Below, in pieces: positions 13,030-26,197 of a stretch of 64,000 bases of DNA. Positions within the stretch are counted from its first letter, which is position 1, and each line of letters opens with the position of its first letter. This stretch comes from Marsupella aquatica (lineage: Eukaryota > Plantae > Marchantiophyta). The stretch covers positions 1,440,357 to 1,504,356 of the forward strand of contig OZ316894.1 in NCBI GenBank assembly GCA_973895155.1. Direction: 5' to 3'. Position numbers and translations under genes: made by a program. The notes beneath the pieces are model-generated. The model was not told where the DNA came from, ran no database searches, and saw only the letters and a list, made by a program, of their open reading frames with translations.

Positions 13030-13849
13030 GCGCAACAAGGGAATAGCGGGCTGGGCCTTGCAGCTGTGCTGTTCGAGTTCGGGGCAGAGTCGCAAATTGA
13101 TCCCCATACTCATCCTCGCGCAACCGAAGTGTTCTACGTTCTTCCAGGTACAGTTCAGTAGAATTCGTTATGACACTGCACGTAATCGATCAAAGCCGTG
13201 CGCATGTCAACATAATCCGGATCTATGGGTTTTCCTTTAATCGATCCACCATATCAAGTTACTTGATTCATTTGATGTAATCAAAATGCTGCAATGTCTT
13301 ACGTGCTGAAGGACCGCAGGCTCGTCAGTAGTCGCACTTAGCGTTTAATTCCTGCAGCTATGTTTGATTAGAATCGTTACATGATGTGGCGAGCTGCTGG
13401 TGCCATCGTGCTAGAAAAAAACTATGCTTAGATCGATACGTCGACCAACATGTTGAGAATTCTGCTTTTCCCATTGATGATTATAATGAAGATTGAAGAC
13501 ATTATTCTTGTGTTGTATTTTGGATTCAGGGGCACTTGACGTGGGATTTGTCGATACTGCAAACGAGCTATTCGAGACAACCGTGCTGGCGGGCGACATC
13601 TTTGTGTTTCCCAAGGGTACTTTGCACTGGCAGCGCAATAATGGTAAGACACCGGCTTCAGGCTTCTCTGCGCTCTCCAGTGAGAACCCCGGAACGCTCC
13701 TGATTGCCAAAGCTCTCTTCACCGCCGGTGGCAAAGGTCTCCCCGACAATGTTCTCAGCACGGCCTTCGGTGTCAATGGCAACAACCAGGAAATAGACCA
13801 GGTCAAGCAGTCCGTTGCGATGAGGAACAACGTCACGTTAGCATGGTAG
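13030..13849 (+). CDS. Germin-like protein (cupin_1); 5' end not identified, possibly a truncated gene
   Basis: An exon ending at 13147 encodes GLGLAAVLFEFGAESQIDPHTHPRATEVFYVLPG (germin box 1). A phase-1 intron 13148-13529 (GT..AG) is followed by exon 13530-13849, GALDVGFVDT...GDIFVFPKGTLHWQRN...SSENPG (germin box 2). In-frame stop upstream at 12970. Confidence 0.8.
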
Positions 13850-16800
13850 TGGATTGAATCTGGTTAATGTTACACAATTGACGAACGAGCTACTGTCTTG
13901 AGCATTGGCCGAAAGACGGATTCGCAGATTCTCTTAGTCTGTAGTGAAGCTGTCTGTAGATGCACTTCGTTCGAACTTGGGGGCTCTACATTCTCGTACA
14001 GGCATTTGGTTTCAAGCCTGAATTTATTGTAAAAATGCCATCTTAGCTAGACTCAGTAGGGATGCAGGAATTCCTCAATCCGGGCAGTACTTAGCAATTA
14101 TAAATGTAAGGCTGCTGCCGGAGACCTGAGACAAACTGCATTTCTTCGATCTACGCTAGAATAATTCTGCCTGGTTGTAGGAGCTCAGTGGGCTTTTCGG
14201 TTTTTGGTGATTAGGGTTCAATCTAGTTTTTATTCTTTAGCCAGTTGCTGCGGATTCTTGGGCGTTTTGGCTCTTCTGCCTTCCTGTGTTGTTCGCCTAA
14301 GTGTTTCCCTCCATCATTGGGTTTCTTGGGGTTTGTTGCCTTCGGGATCCTGTCTCCCTCTGTGGCACCTTCTGTTCTTTGCATTAGTTTCTATATTTTC
14401 AGAGCTCCACAGCTCATCGACATTGTTTGTTGCGAATTTTCATAACTCTCATTTAAGCATTTGTCTTAAATATGTCCAATGTATGAAAATGAACACATAC
14501 ATTAGTATGAATTCGTGTGCAGCGGGAGTTTGCTCGCCAAATAGATATGGATCTATGTATCTCTCCATAATTGGGAGTGCGATGTCTACGGATCCAAGTT
14601 CGGGCTTTGGAATTCAACTCAAGGATTGAATGATGTCTATATATGCAGCGAGCTAGACATAGCTTCTGTGTGTTACCTCCTCTCAGGATATACCTTATGA
14701 TATCTTTTTTGTCGTAGTTATATGCTAAAAAACGAACTTCTGAGAATACTAAGTGTGTGGAGAGTGAAGTGAAGTAACTGAGTGACTAATCTTTACAAAT
14801 TTATAGCTACTTTGTACACTAGCAAAGACAATACGCTGAGCTAGGGTCACACACATACAAGGGACTCAGACTAGCAACAAGAGCAAGGCCGGGCTCAAGG
14901 GGGATGGTTCCCAACCCCAAATGGATGTTGAGTTTCGAGGGCTCAAGTGAGAGCTCCTCTTGGGCTTAAGTCGGGACGCTCTCATGGACGCTTAACGCAT
15001 GAGCTATTGGCGGAGCATGGGCAGGGCGATCCGGGACCTCCAACAGCTAGAAAAGAGTCCTAGAAGGGTCCAGGCATGAGCACTTTGTCGGCCAGGTCAC
15101 AACTACAGTACTTTCTCTAAAGACGCCTAACAAGGATGTTATGGCCAAAACAAGTTTGCTCCGCACCCAGTGAAAGAGTCAGACGTGTTTAGGGAAAGGG
15201 AGAAGGAGGCCCCCATAAGTGTTCTTGATTTGGTCCCTTGTAGCTGAGCCCATTGAATTGCCTAGTAGCAAAGTTGTAACAGTTACTAGTTACTACATCT
15301 GAAGTTGCACCTGATTCTGAGGTTTCAAGCGAGGTTTCAAGGCCAGGTGAGACATATGACTCCACTAAGCCAGAAGTCATAGATTTTGGAGACATTTGAC
15401 CCCACGTACTGCAAAGAAATGCAAGGCTCCCCTGAACAAAGGTCTAACTTCTAAGTAGGTGGAAACCACATGAGAGATGTGAATGTAAATTGTTTGATGG
15501 TAGCATGAAATCTTGCATGGACGTACCACCAATTGGCAAACAGTTTCCTTGTCTAGAGTCAATTGCAAATTGGAGTCTCCCAAGGTGTGGTAGATAGTCC
15601 CTGTTTGGTTTGCACCAGAGACACCGCACAATTCCACCTTTCAACCTGGCAATGGCCATTGCCTTGTGCCGAACACAGAATTTGTGGTTTTAAAGTCACT
15701 TCCCCTCCCTATCACATTGCCACAACACATACCATTTGGTTCTTTCAAGTTTCATTGCTACCAGATAGGGGATTCCTCAGAGATGTGCATACATCAAGAC
15801 AAGATTGAGAAGTTCTTGTTGTGCCATTCGAGCACATTTATTTTTTGGTTCTGTTTGAATCTGATTACTTTTGTACTTGTCTGAGGTGTGGTGTGCATTG
15901 TGATCATTGCAAGTCATATATGTGAACTTGTAATTGCAGGTGCCAGTTTGCAATGGCTTCTTTGAAGCATTGTGCTAGGCAAAGCGAGTCAAGAGTGGTA
16001 GAGAACACCAGGGATCTGTATTGGAGTTAATATCTATCACTGTAGGTACCTTATCTTAGGACGGTGCTGATGTACGTTGAGAAGGATGAAATCAATAGCT
16101 GGCACAAGCTTATTTTTTACCTTGCAAGAGTGGTTTGGTAGCCACAGGGCGAGGAGAGGCAAAGCACACTCAAGGGTAGTGTCGGAAAGTATGATTCGTT
16201 ACTAGAGCTAGATCTCGGATAGCATGTTTTGGAATTCAATGCATCTGACTCTTATTGGAGCAATGCATCTGACTCTTATTGGAGCAATGCATTACATGCT
16301 TAACCTTGCAAGGAAAGATATTGTACAAATTTGGCAAGAGAACCTGCATGAGGTCTCCTTACCGAATGATGATCTTGATGAAACGGCTGAGCCTCAGAGC
16401 AAAGCACCACCTTGTGAAGGACATAAAGAGTGACGATCCTGATGCAATGGGTCGGAACAAAGCACCACCTCGTGAACATCCTCCCCAGGGAATGCACCTC
16501 TAAAGAACCATATAACTTACCGAGTAATTCAAGGATATGTTATGAATAAATCAAGTACAGAGCTTTGTTTAAGAGCTTTCAAGCTGTGCTCGTTTCTTGG
16601 ATGGACCGCCAGCAATGCATCATGGTAAATACCACTAGAGCGGTAGCAATTATCTGCAGCGAAAACAACTTCTTTGTAGCCTTTCGAATTGTGCCGACTT
16701 ATTATTAGATGGAACCGAAGCCTCCATTGCCAATTACCTTGAAGACTTGCTGATTGATGTCTGTTCATCCTCAAGTTGGAGGCTTCTTAAGTCGTCCTTA

Positions 16801-19664
16801 TTCTTGTCATGATCGAGCACACTTCTCGCCATGCTGGATCTTCTCTGCCCAGGACGCTAAACCCAGTTGGAACTAAACTGATTTTCAAGTTACTAACTGT
16901 TATGTAAGTGCGAACGAACACAGATCACTACTCCACAGCGGTGTCACCAATAAAAGCACCAAAGACCACTGAATGTGAATCTGCCTTGTGAATGTAACTA
17001 TATATATGGAATATGTTTGCAAAAATTAAGATCTCACTAGAGAGTTGCTTCAGTTTATGCTGAGAAAAATTGAAGCAACAGTCGGTTTCCAAGGATTCAA
17101 CATATGTGCAACATGCAAACTAAGGTTACATGAACTTAGAATAGGGATGTCAGAAGGTGAAAAGAACTACAAGACTGGCCAGAAGGGGAACAAGAATGTT
17201 ATATAGACTTTGTCCCTTGGTGGAAGATAGAAGAGCTAGAATGACACTGGAACATTGGCCAAACTAATCAATAAACAAGGAATAATCGCACCTTATTCCT
17301 GAGGCAACTTACGACTCAAACACTAGTGCTTCTTCAGCCCCATTTCTGTATCAAGGCAGCGTGTGCAGCAGTAGACGTAAACTGACTGTACAATATCTCT
17401 GGTCAGAATCCCAAGTCAAGCTCGTTCCTCCACAAGGAGCTCGCCGATCCTTTCTCCACTTAAGGGAATTCAAATTATCTGCAGCTCATGAACTAAGGAA
17501 ATTAAGATGCTGTCAAAGATGTTCAGATGAAACCAAAAAGAATCATAGATGAGACTTCTGGCTGTCAAGCCCAATTAAAGTGATAAACGTTAGCCTAATC
17601 AAGTGAAATGAAAAGCCAATCTGTGTAAGTGACGTGTGATGAACCGTGTGAAAAACATGAGCACCTTCTGGCAATGGGGTGCATTGGTACAAACTGTTTT
17701 TGCTACATATTAAATATTAGTTCAAAGTATCAATCAAGAAACAGCCCCGTTTACTCTCTAAGCTAGAATCCCTGCGACGACCTTCCAAAGGAGATTGGGA
17801 TGAGAAAAAATGATATGCGTCAGTGCCCACTTCAAGTCAAAAACCCTTCGCCTCGTGCTGAACGATGCTGCTCCCAGGCTCGTGCAAATCTACCGGTGGT
17901 AGTTCACTATTGCTCCTGTTACGGTAGGAAGCGAGCAACGAATCTCCCCAATTGGAACTTGGGAAACCACACAAAGCGTTAATTACTTTCCTATTCTGTC
18001 CTTACTGATATTCTTTCCTGTTCCTTGAATTCTCCAATTAATGATAGAATGGTCGTTTCTACCTACTTTTTGGTCTCCCGGGGCAGACACCTCCTCCTGT
18101 AGGCAAAACAAAAAGTAGAAAACAGAAGTTCTCCTACTTTGTTTTTTTTTCAGCGCAAAGATCTAGTAGTGTATATTGCAGTCTGTCGGTGTTCCTGTTC
18201 ACGGCAATTCCGAATTACTTCCCGTTTTTGTCGCATAGCTTTCTTGAATCAGGTTGGCACTAACCTTGGACATCATTTTTCTTACCCAACCGTAGCTCTA
18301 ATACTGTGTAAACTTAGAAGTAGACATTACAACCCGTGGCAAGCTTAATTTTTATGTGGTTCTGCGTGCAATTGCTGCACGCTAAAAGTATTTGGAAGAT
18401 GCATGTTACAGCAGCCGTTGGTATAGCATTCTGACGCACATTAGAGCCGTCGTGGCTTGTCAACTGGTGAAATGTTTCTTCTGGAGCATCACGTCGGGGA
18501 GCATCATCAAGCACACGATCGACGTGACTACAGATTCTTTTTCAACCCCGCCTTAGTGGGTAGTTTCAGTCTCCAGCTAGGTTCCTTAACAGGGTCATTT
18601 AATTCCTAACATTTACACCAGAAATAGATCCAGCAAACGCTGATGCAAAGCTCATGCACGATAGCATGTATCTTGCGCGGTCTGAAATCCATATTGAAGG
18701 TCGGAGCTCTTAATCTTAGATGCGCATTTTCCTGTAATGGCCCAAAGTGATATCATAGCCTGACCCTTTGAATTGCCAGGAATCAGGTCAGTGATGAAAG
18801 CGCCCCTGATTGAGCCACACTTCTGTCCTCTTGAGAAAACCATTCAGATCAACATGTCTAGCTACACCTGAGCACGCACCCCATGTTCAGCATTGCGAGG
18901 AACTGATCGATAGAAAAATCTTCGGGTAGTAGTATACTCAACTACAGACTGGACGACGCTCCAGAGCAGGGAGGCTCAAGAGACATAAAGCTACTTACTA
19001 TTCACCAAGCAAATCCAAAAGTTTGCTGTTTGTTACTCTGTTACAGGCTTACAATGTGCCACAATGGTAGGTGAGTGCATGGCATCTTGATCGTACTATC
19101 AGTTCAACCTTTTTTGACTAACCTTTAAGTGAGAGAGCTACAGAGTTGAGTCCGACTCTTACTTAGCCTAATGAGTACTAGGCCTTTGATGTTAAATTTG
19201 ATCAGGGTCATTAGGAGTATATAAGGTAGCTTTTGTCATTGAATCTACTGGACAGCATCAATGAATTCAGTCTAATTTCGGAATTTTGTTTCCACGTACG
19301 TAGGAACAGTTTGTTGGGTTTGCGATGGCCGAGAAAGCGGTCAGTGGCAGAGTGGCATTCAATGTGCTGTTGGTGCACTGACTCATGACATAGGCAAGGT
19401 GGTCGGTGCCCGTTGTGACTTTGGGCTTCACCGTGAAGTTTTTGCAAGGAGAAATGTGCAGCGCTGATAGAGCACGTGGACAGTACATCTGGGGCTATCG
19501 ACCGAGTTGAGGAAGAGAGAAAGTTGAAATCACGAAATTCGGCCTACGATGACCCCTACAAAATTCCTCTTCAACATTTTGTCCAAGTCGAAGATTCCCT
19601 GGTCGAGGCTTGATAACAGGTTGGATGTAATGTTTAATTTTTTGCTACGGAAACGGAGAAGTAG

Positions 19665-20301
19665 GAAGCTTCTACTTTAAAGAGGCTTTCAGATGATGAC
19701 AGCATTCTCAGATTTTATGGAACGTTCAAGCAGGGCCCTCATGGATACCTGGTAGTGGGGCGACCTGCCAAAACACTTCAAACGGTGTATAATTGGCACA
19801 GGGAGGCTGAAAAGCAGGCTCTAGAAATTGCTTTGCGTTTGGCCTACTATGCCCATGTTGCTAGTATCGATCCGTCACAGGAACTTGATTGCAAACGTGT
19901 TATTGACAGGTGTCAGTCATTTCAGAATCGTTGGTTAATTTCTTTGAAGGACGAGTGATGAGCGAACCTAGCGACAAGAAGTGACAGATGCAGAGTAACT
20001 TAGATGGAGAGCTCCTGAGATGCTTGAGAGGAATTGACAGTCCTCCGTATAACGAGACGTGTGACATCTTTTCCTTGGGAGTCATCGAGTGGGAGTTAAT
20101 CACGGGTGATTCACCTTTCTCTGAATGCTCCTCAATCAAAGAGTTGATGTAAGTGAGGCACAGGAATAAGACCCGGCTCCATTTCCAAGGATTTGAATCC
20201 AACCTGCCCTTCCTTCTGCTTTCACGCAGGTGCCCCTTGATTGCATGGCAGACAATCCTGAGCCGAGACCAACATTTAACAGTGTCGTTGAGCGTATTCT
20301 G
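19665..20301 (+). pseudogene. Decayed protein kinase (TKL/Raf-like) pseudogene
   Basis: Across frameshifts and stops it reads EASTLKRLSDDDSILRFYGTFKQGPHGYLV (subdomains III-V), RWRAPEML (VIII), YNETCDIFSLGVIEWELITGDSPF (IX) and CMADNPEPRPTFNSVVERIL (XI). HRD and DFG motifs were not found. Confidence 0.8.
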
Positions 20302-21208
20302 CTTTTCGCACCGGAAGAAATGTGCAATCACGGTGACGGAGGACCTGTTTGACATGATACGTGTGTTGCACATTGGACTTGGCATTTGGGTCGTACGCAG
20401 TACTAAAGGATTTATAGCTGGCTCTGATGCAGTCGCCTGTCGGTAGCCAGGTCTGGACTGCTGTTTCACAATAGATGTTGTAAAGAGTTCAGGTGAGGAG
20501 GGTTACTGTAGGTTTACCATGCAGTTAACACATTGGCGTGGAGAACAAAAATTGAATGCGCAAAAATCAATGTGTTGAGGGAATAATTAGTTGCGTAAGA
20601 GAAACAACACAACTACATCTTCGCAACCTCGATCTTGATACAAAATTTAGCTTTTCATGAGGTTAGCGTGCACTGCGCTGCTTGAATTAGCATGATATTA
20701 CAAAATATTACAGGAGGTCTTCTGAAGAGAGAATTCTACCTGTCCCTGATGGCCTTTGCATTTGCGAGCTTCCTATAAAATATATCCTTTTCAAGGGTAG
20801 AGGTCAACATTATTGATTTTGATATCCACAGCAAGCTACGTCAATGACGTACAGACCAGATGACGAGTCTGGAACGTGTTATTGTCGATGAGAAAGCTTG
20901 TGTACGTAACCTCTCCATCGATCGATGTGACAGAAGATATATTCAATCCCAAATTAAAGCGCCTCCGATCATCAAAACAACGTTGAACAAGGGCTATGAT
21001 TGTTGATGAACCCAGGCAGTACTCCGAGGCTGTAACTTGTCACAATCATGTTCTCTTTGGATCCGAATGCTCCACTACTGTAGCTGTTCCGATGTGGAGA
21101 ACATTCCGTAGCTGTCAGATGTAAGATCCATGGCATACTTTCTTCAAGTGTTGAAAACTAGAGTGCACATTCCTAAACGGGTGCCCTACGAAGAGAATGT
21201 CTTGTACC

Positions 21209-21292
21209 GTACGCGTACCTAGATCACTCTACTGGTACGCGTACCTAGATCACTCTACTGGTACGCGTACCTAGATCACTCTACTGGTACGC
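21209..21292. repeat. Perfect 26-bp minisatellite, 3.2 copies
   Basis: GTACGCGTACCTAGATCACTCTACTG at 21209, 21235 and 21261, plus a partial copy. Confidence 0.95.
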
Positions 21293-23075
21293 CAATCTGC
21301 TGCTGTACATACCTAATTGGACGGTGTAATTGATGATCGGACAATCACGTAACAATACGCACCTAGCGGACAGTTGCATGTAAGAGCCAACGGCCCAATG
21401 CTGACATGTGCATGCCTGCGGCACAGTCCACGAAAGTTTTTTTTGGTACAACAAAAAGCAGTTGGAAGAAAGGTCCGCAAACTTACCTGGAATGATTTTG
21501 AAACGTGCTCGACTGGACAGACTGAGCTCTGCTACTGCAACACAACCACTAAGGGGTTGATTCTCTGAAATCCTTTAGGTCGTCTTGCCGCCCCCACGAG
21601 CAGTCTCGATCTCTTGATCGATATCTAGCGCTCTCGCTGGAGATATATTGTACAGTGAAATAGCATCTAGGGGAAAGTTCCCTGGCGCAGTCTTTGTCTG
21701 TCTGTCTCCCTTTCAACCATGCCTGCCTGCCAGAGCTCGAACGGCGAGCTTGACTTGCCCAGAAACTTGGGAGGTACGTGAGATTTTTGGTACTTTTACT
21801 TAGCCCATGACTCTGTTGGCTGGCTGGCTCGCCGACAAAAATAGTTCTCGATTCCGCTCGGGAAGGTTTTAGGAAGTCTCAAGGGTTCTGATTATAAAGA
21901 TACTTTTGATTCATTAGCTCCCTGAGCACACCCATGATCAAGTACAATAGTCTTGCATGCTGTCCGTTACAGGTTTCATCGGCTGAGTAGCTTAATTAGC
22001 AACAGATATTGTCCATTTGTTACGAAGACTGCACAGTTCCTCTGGCAATCTCTCCTCGAGTGGACAAATCTCGCTGTAGGGTAATTGCTTAGTGGAGGAT
22101 TCAAATTCACACACGGTCAACACGGGATGTTCACAGAGACTTTTCAGTCTTGAGATTAGACTCTAGGAGCTTTATAGATCTGGAAAGGTGGCCTCTTGAT
22201 TCAGCTCATTAAACTTTCCAGCCAGCCAGCATCTGGACAGTTGCTCCTTGTTGGAATTTGGATGTGCAGACTGATCGAGGATGTTTTCAGGTAAGTGGGC
22301 GCTCTCCATGTGCTAGCTAGTTGCCAGCGATCTGGCACATCAGCCCCACTGTGCATGGAGGAATTTTGCGCTGACGAGTGCTTCCTGCAAACCTTCGTTT
22401 CGGCGTAGTTTGATATTGATCTTGAAAATTTTTAAATCTGCAGACTTCGAAGTTCGATACTGGATAACACTTTTAAAATTTTCATAGAACGGATGGTGTA
22501 AGTTTGAAGGGGCTGAGATTTTGCTTATGCGCGACTTGAGATTCATATGGGGAGAAAGCTGCTGTAGATCCACATTAGCGTAGCATAGCTTTTGATGGAG
22601 GGCCAAATTGCAGGTCTTCCGGAAGGTAGTTCCTTAGTAACAATGCTCTTGAGCTAAGCCATCCCCGTCCATCTAGCTGAGACCGAAATTGAGAAGTCAT
22701 AATCATCACATTACAAACGCCAGCCTCGTCAGGCGACACATTCATGATCACAAGAAGGGGCGCTGCTCATAGACTGGAGCAGTCCGAGCTCCACAGAGAA
22801 GCGTGCTTGAATGAGAATCTGTGCATATACACCCTTCGAGTTTCAGTGATTGAGGTGACCGTGGAAAACTTTCAGCATTAGTATCCGAAGAGCTGTTACT
22901 CGTTCTTTGTTGGTGGCCGACTCCTTCTCACGCTGTTAAGCATTAATGCGCTATATTATGACACATCGCTATTGAGTTGCGATTAGTTTGACGTGCTTTT
23001 TGGATTGTGGAGTTGATCACACGCTGTATTTCTAAGACCACCGGGATCGAGGAGGGGAGTTCCAGGCGCAGTACT

Positions 23076-23456
23076 ATGGCCAGCGTGGAATTTTCAAGAG
23101 TGCAGACCGTCAGTAAAGCCATGAAGGAGCAGCAACGTCTCCTGAAGTTGGGACAAGCGAACGAGATCTTTGAGTTGCAGTGCAGCCGTGCTAGAGCTTG
23201 TTCTTGGCAAGAATCTGGTCTGCGTCATCGCTTGCCAAAGATTGCCATGGATAGTGAAGTCGTTAGCGATGATGGTGAAGAGAAGTGTCTCCTGGGCGAC
23301 CGAACGTCCAAGTCCTCACAAAGCAGCTTGAATACCCAGAAGGGCTTTTCAAAATCTTTAGAGAAATATTTTAGTGCCTGCAGATTTAATGTGCGATTCA
23401 AGCCTCGACGACCAGCGAAGCCCAAGAAAGTAGTGACGCCTTCCAAAAAGTTGCAG
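23076..23456 (+). CDS. Coding exon of an unidentified gene (possibly a pseudogene)
   Basis: ATG at 23076 opens 127 codons (MASVEFSRVQ...PSKKLQ) ending at a donor CAG|GTGCGC. Strong splice sites lie upstream at about 21774, 21972, 22290 and 22614. No recognisable domain, and downstream sequence is full of stops. Confidence 0.4.
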
Positions 23457-24644
23457 GTGCGCACTGTTCATCTCTTTAGTGGTCTACTCAAATGAGCCTT
23501 TCAGCACCAATCACTAACTATTTAACTTGTTTAGAATAGTCTACATTGGTTCAATGTCATACGGGGTCTAAAGACAGATTTCTGCCTGTATAATCGTCGC
23601 CATTGACGGCGAATTTCTCACTAAGTCTAAGTCAATAATTGCTTGGCGACTGTTCTCTATCGTCCTGAACCGATGTCTTTGTTAACTAGAATCATTGTTT
23701 GAGTAAATCGATGATGCCGACCAGTTTTACTATGCAGTCACTCGTTTGTCATGTTGAATATGTTCTTTTATCCTTTACATTGGATCAAGTTATGTGATTC
23801 ACATTCAGCAGATTGTCATTTCAAGTGTAATCTCAGTCTGTAATTAAGTGGAGTAAGCTGATCCGACAACTTCCACAAACGTCTCCTTTTACTTCGTTGA
23901 CGCATTGTGGACCGTCCGTTGAAACAGACGGACCGGGAAGGCGACCAAGGCAGCAACATCTCATGTTTGGGGCAAGGCTGGAGAGGCCTACGGAAGAGAC
24001 TGGGAGACATGATCAAGATTGAAGAAGAAATCTTCATCTCGGTCCCCAGATCAGTTCTGTACTACGTTTAATTTCATTGAAAGGGTGTTCAGGATCAAGC
24101 GCAACAGCTGCTCCTTCTGCTGCAAAGCAGACCAACCATTAACTTCAGTCATTAATCAGATGGCCAAGAGGCATACACAGTACCTTAGATTTTGAGTCAT
24201 TAGGGAGACATGCTTTATTGAACTTTCTTGAGTTTAATTGAAAGCGCAATTTGTCCAAAGACATCTCTTTCAAACAAGGAGGATAACAGAGGAAGCCTTT
24301 GTAGCGAGCCGTTTGCAACGAATTGGACAAGATACTTATATCGGAAAATTACCATCTCACCCAACTATGCAAGGAGTTTCAACTCTTCTTCCGATGGTCA
24401 ACGAGCGATGACCACGGAACAGGCCATGGATGAGTTAATTTGTTTGTCAGCAGTGGAACCCCTTCACTTTTCCATGTTCCATCAGGGCATAGTAGAAAGT
24501 AGAGGAGTTCCTATAGAGCACACTAGAGCTAGCTCGTCTGCGGCATAATGTTCAGCTGCGGCCGGCTTAACAAGAAGTGACCATTCCAGAGCTGTTCTTA
24601 ATGAACGAGGTCTTCAGAGCAAAGCTCAACAATGGACTGAGTAT

Positions 24645-24830
24645 GGCAGTTCCGTGGATGTGGATTGAATTTGCCAATTCCGTGGATGTGACTTGAATTT
24701 CACCATTTCGTGAAAGTGGATTGAACTTGCCAATTCCGTGGATGTGACTTGAATTTCACAATTATGTGAGAGTGCATGGATTGAACTTGCCAATTCCGTG
24801 TAATTGAATTGAATGTTCCAATTCCGTGGA
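24645..24830. repeat. Degenerate tandem repeat, about 56-60 bp unit
   Basis: GGATTGAACTTGCCAATTCCGTGGATGTGACTTGAATTTCAC-like units near 24662, 24718 and 24778. Confidence 0.85.
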
Positions 24831-26054
24831 ACTCTAAGTATATCTCTCTCTACCACGTCTGGAAATACAGTAGAAGGCGGGAAAATTTAACTACGTGCCA
24901 GAGACGAGCAGCCAAGCAATTCGATAAAATAGTTCGCTTGCTTCGAGAACCTACATGGCTGGCCCAAACGGGCGAGATTTTTTGTAGAACACTGTTCTTC
25001 ATAATTACTGCAAATCGTTCAGCTATTTCTGTACTAGAAGTGGGTGCCATTTCTCTATCTTAGTATCGTTCTACTGTTGTACCGAATGGTTCTGACTCGG
25101 CTGGTGGGCATGTGAATGCCGAAAAGTCGGCTCTCGCGTGAGAAACTGTTGAAGGCAAGGTTGCTGATGTACATGTACTGTACAATGGCGAATTGCACTG
25201 TTGCTGAATATGATGAAGCCTTGGTTTCGCTCGTTGATGAAGTGTTAATACAGTACTTTGAGCCCCCGTGATGAAAGTGAGGGATATAATGAAACACTCG
25301 AGGATTCTCGACTCTCAACTTCGCCTGATGATTACAGATTTAACTACCTCATTATATTTTGAAATTTGTCACTGAATTCCAGCATTTGCCGCAGAGAGTC
25401 TCTAAGATTAGTTTGTTGACTTGTCTTGGGCTCCATCATTAGAGAGACGGTCACTGATCTGCTGTAAGTACACGATGTAAAGTAATAAAGCCTTCAATCC
25501 GCTTTTCTTTCTAGGATTTGTATTTCTTATTCAGCGAAAACCCAATGTGTGAGTACACAATGTAGATGATACAATCTATCATCTTCAATCCGCTTTCCTT
25601 TTTTAATATTTATTTTTTCCCTAGTATTCCGCAAAAACCATTCCCCAGGTATGAGTATACGACTTAAAATGATGCAATCATAATTCAGAATACTCTGTCA
25701 AAACCCCAGGGATGAGGGAACGCAAAAACCGCCATGTTACATGTTACGTGGGGCATGGCGATGACTGTGGTGTGGTAGTTCACTTGAGTTGAGTAGAGAC
25801 TCATAGGTCTTGGGTTCCTGTGGCTTCATAGATTTCTCCTTAAAGAAAAATATAAAATATTACACCTTAACAAAAAATAAAAACTGTTACAATCTCTCCC
25901 TTTCTTTGAGGCTTCACAGATTTCCCCTTAAAGAAAAACTTAAAAATGTTACAATCTTTCTGTTGCCTCCCATTCCATGAGGCTCCAGAAGAAAAAATGT
26001 TACAATTTTTAATCTTCAATCTGCCTTCCTTTGAAAGGTTTTTTTTTTCCGTAG

Positions 26055-26197
26055 AACTCTATGAATATCCCAGCAGCATAGATTCTCCAAAGCACAAAAA
26101 GGGACAACTCCCTAGGGCACCCAGTACAACTCTATGAATATCCCAGCAGCAGAGATTCTCCAAAGTACAAAAAGGGACAACTCCCTAGGGCACCCAG
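26055..26197. repeat. Tandem duplication, 2 x 73 bp
   Basis: AACTCTATGAATATCCCAGCAGCA...CTAGGGCACCCAG at 26055 and 26128. Confidence 0.9.

Noticed and set aside
15190-16500. Coding-like decayed sequence with apparent splice sites
   Set aside because: It has many stops and no motif I can name. It is probably a transposon remnant but cannot be classified.
19900-20469. 189-aa ORF on the - strand
   Set aside because: It is the antisense shadow of the kinase pseudogene.
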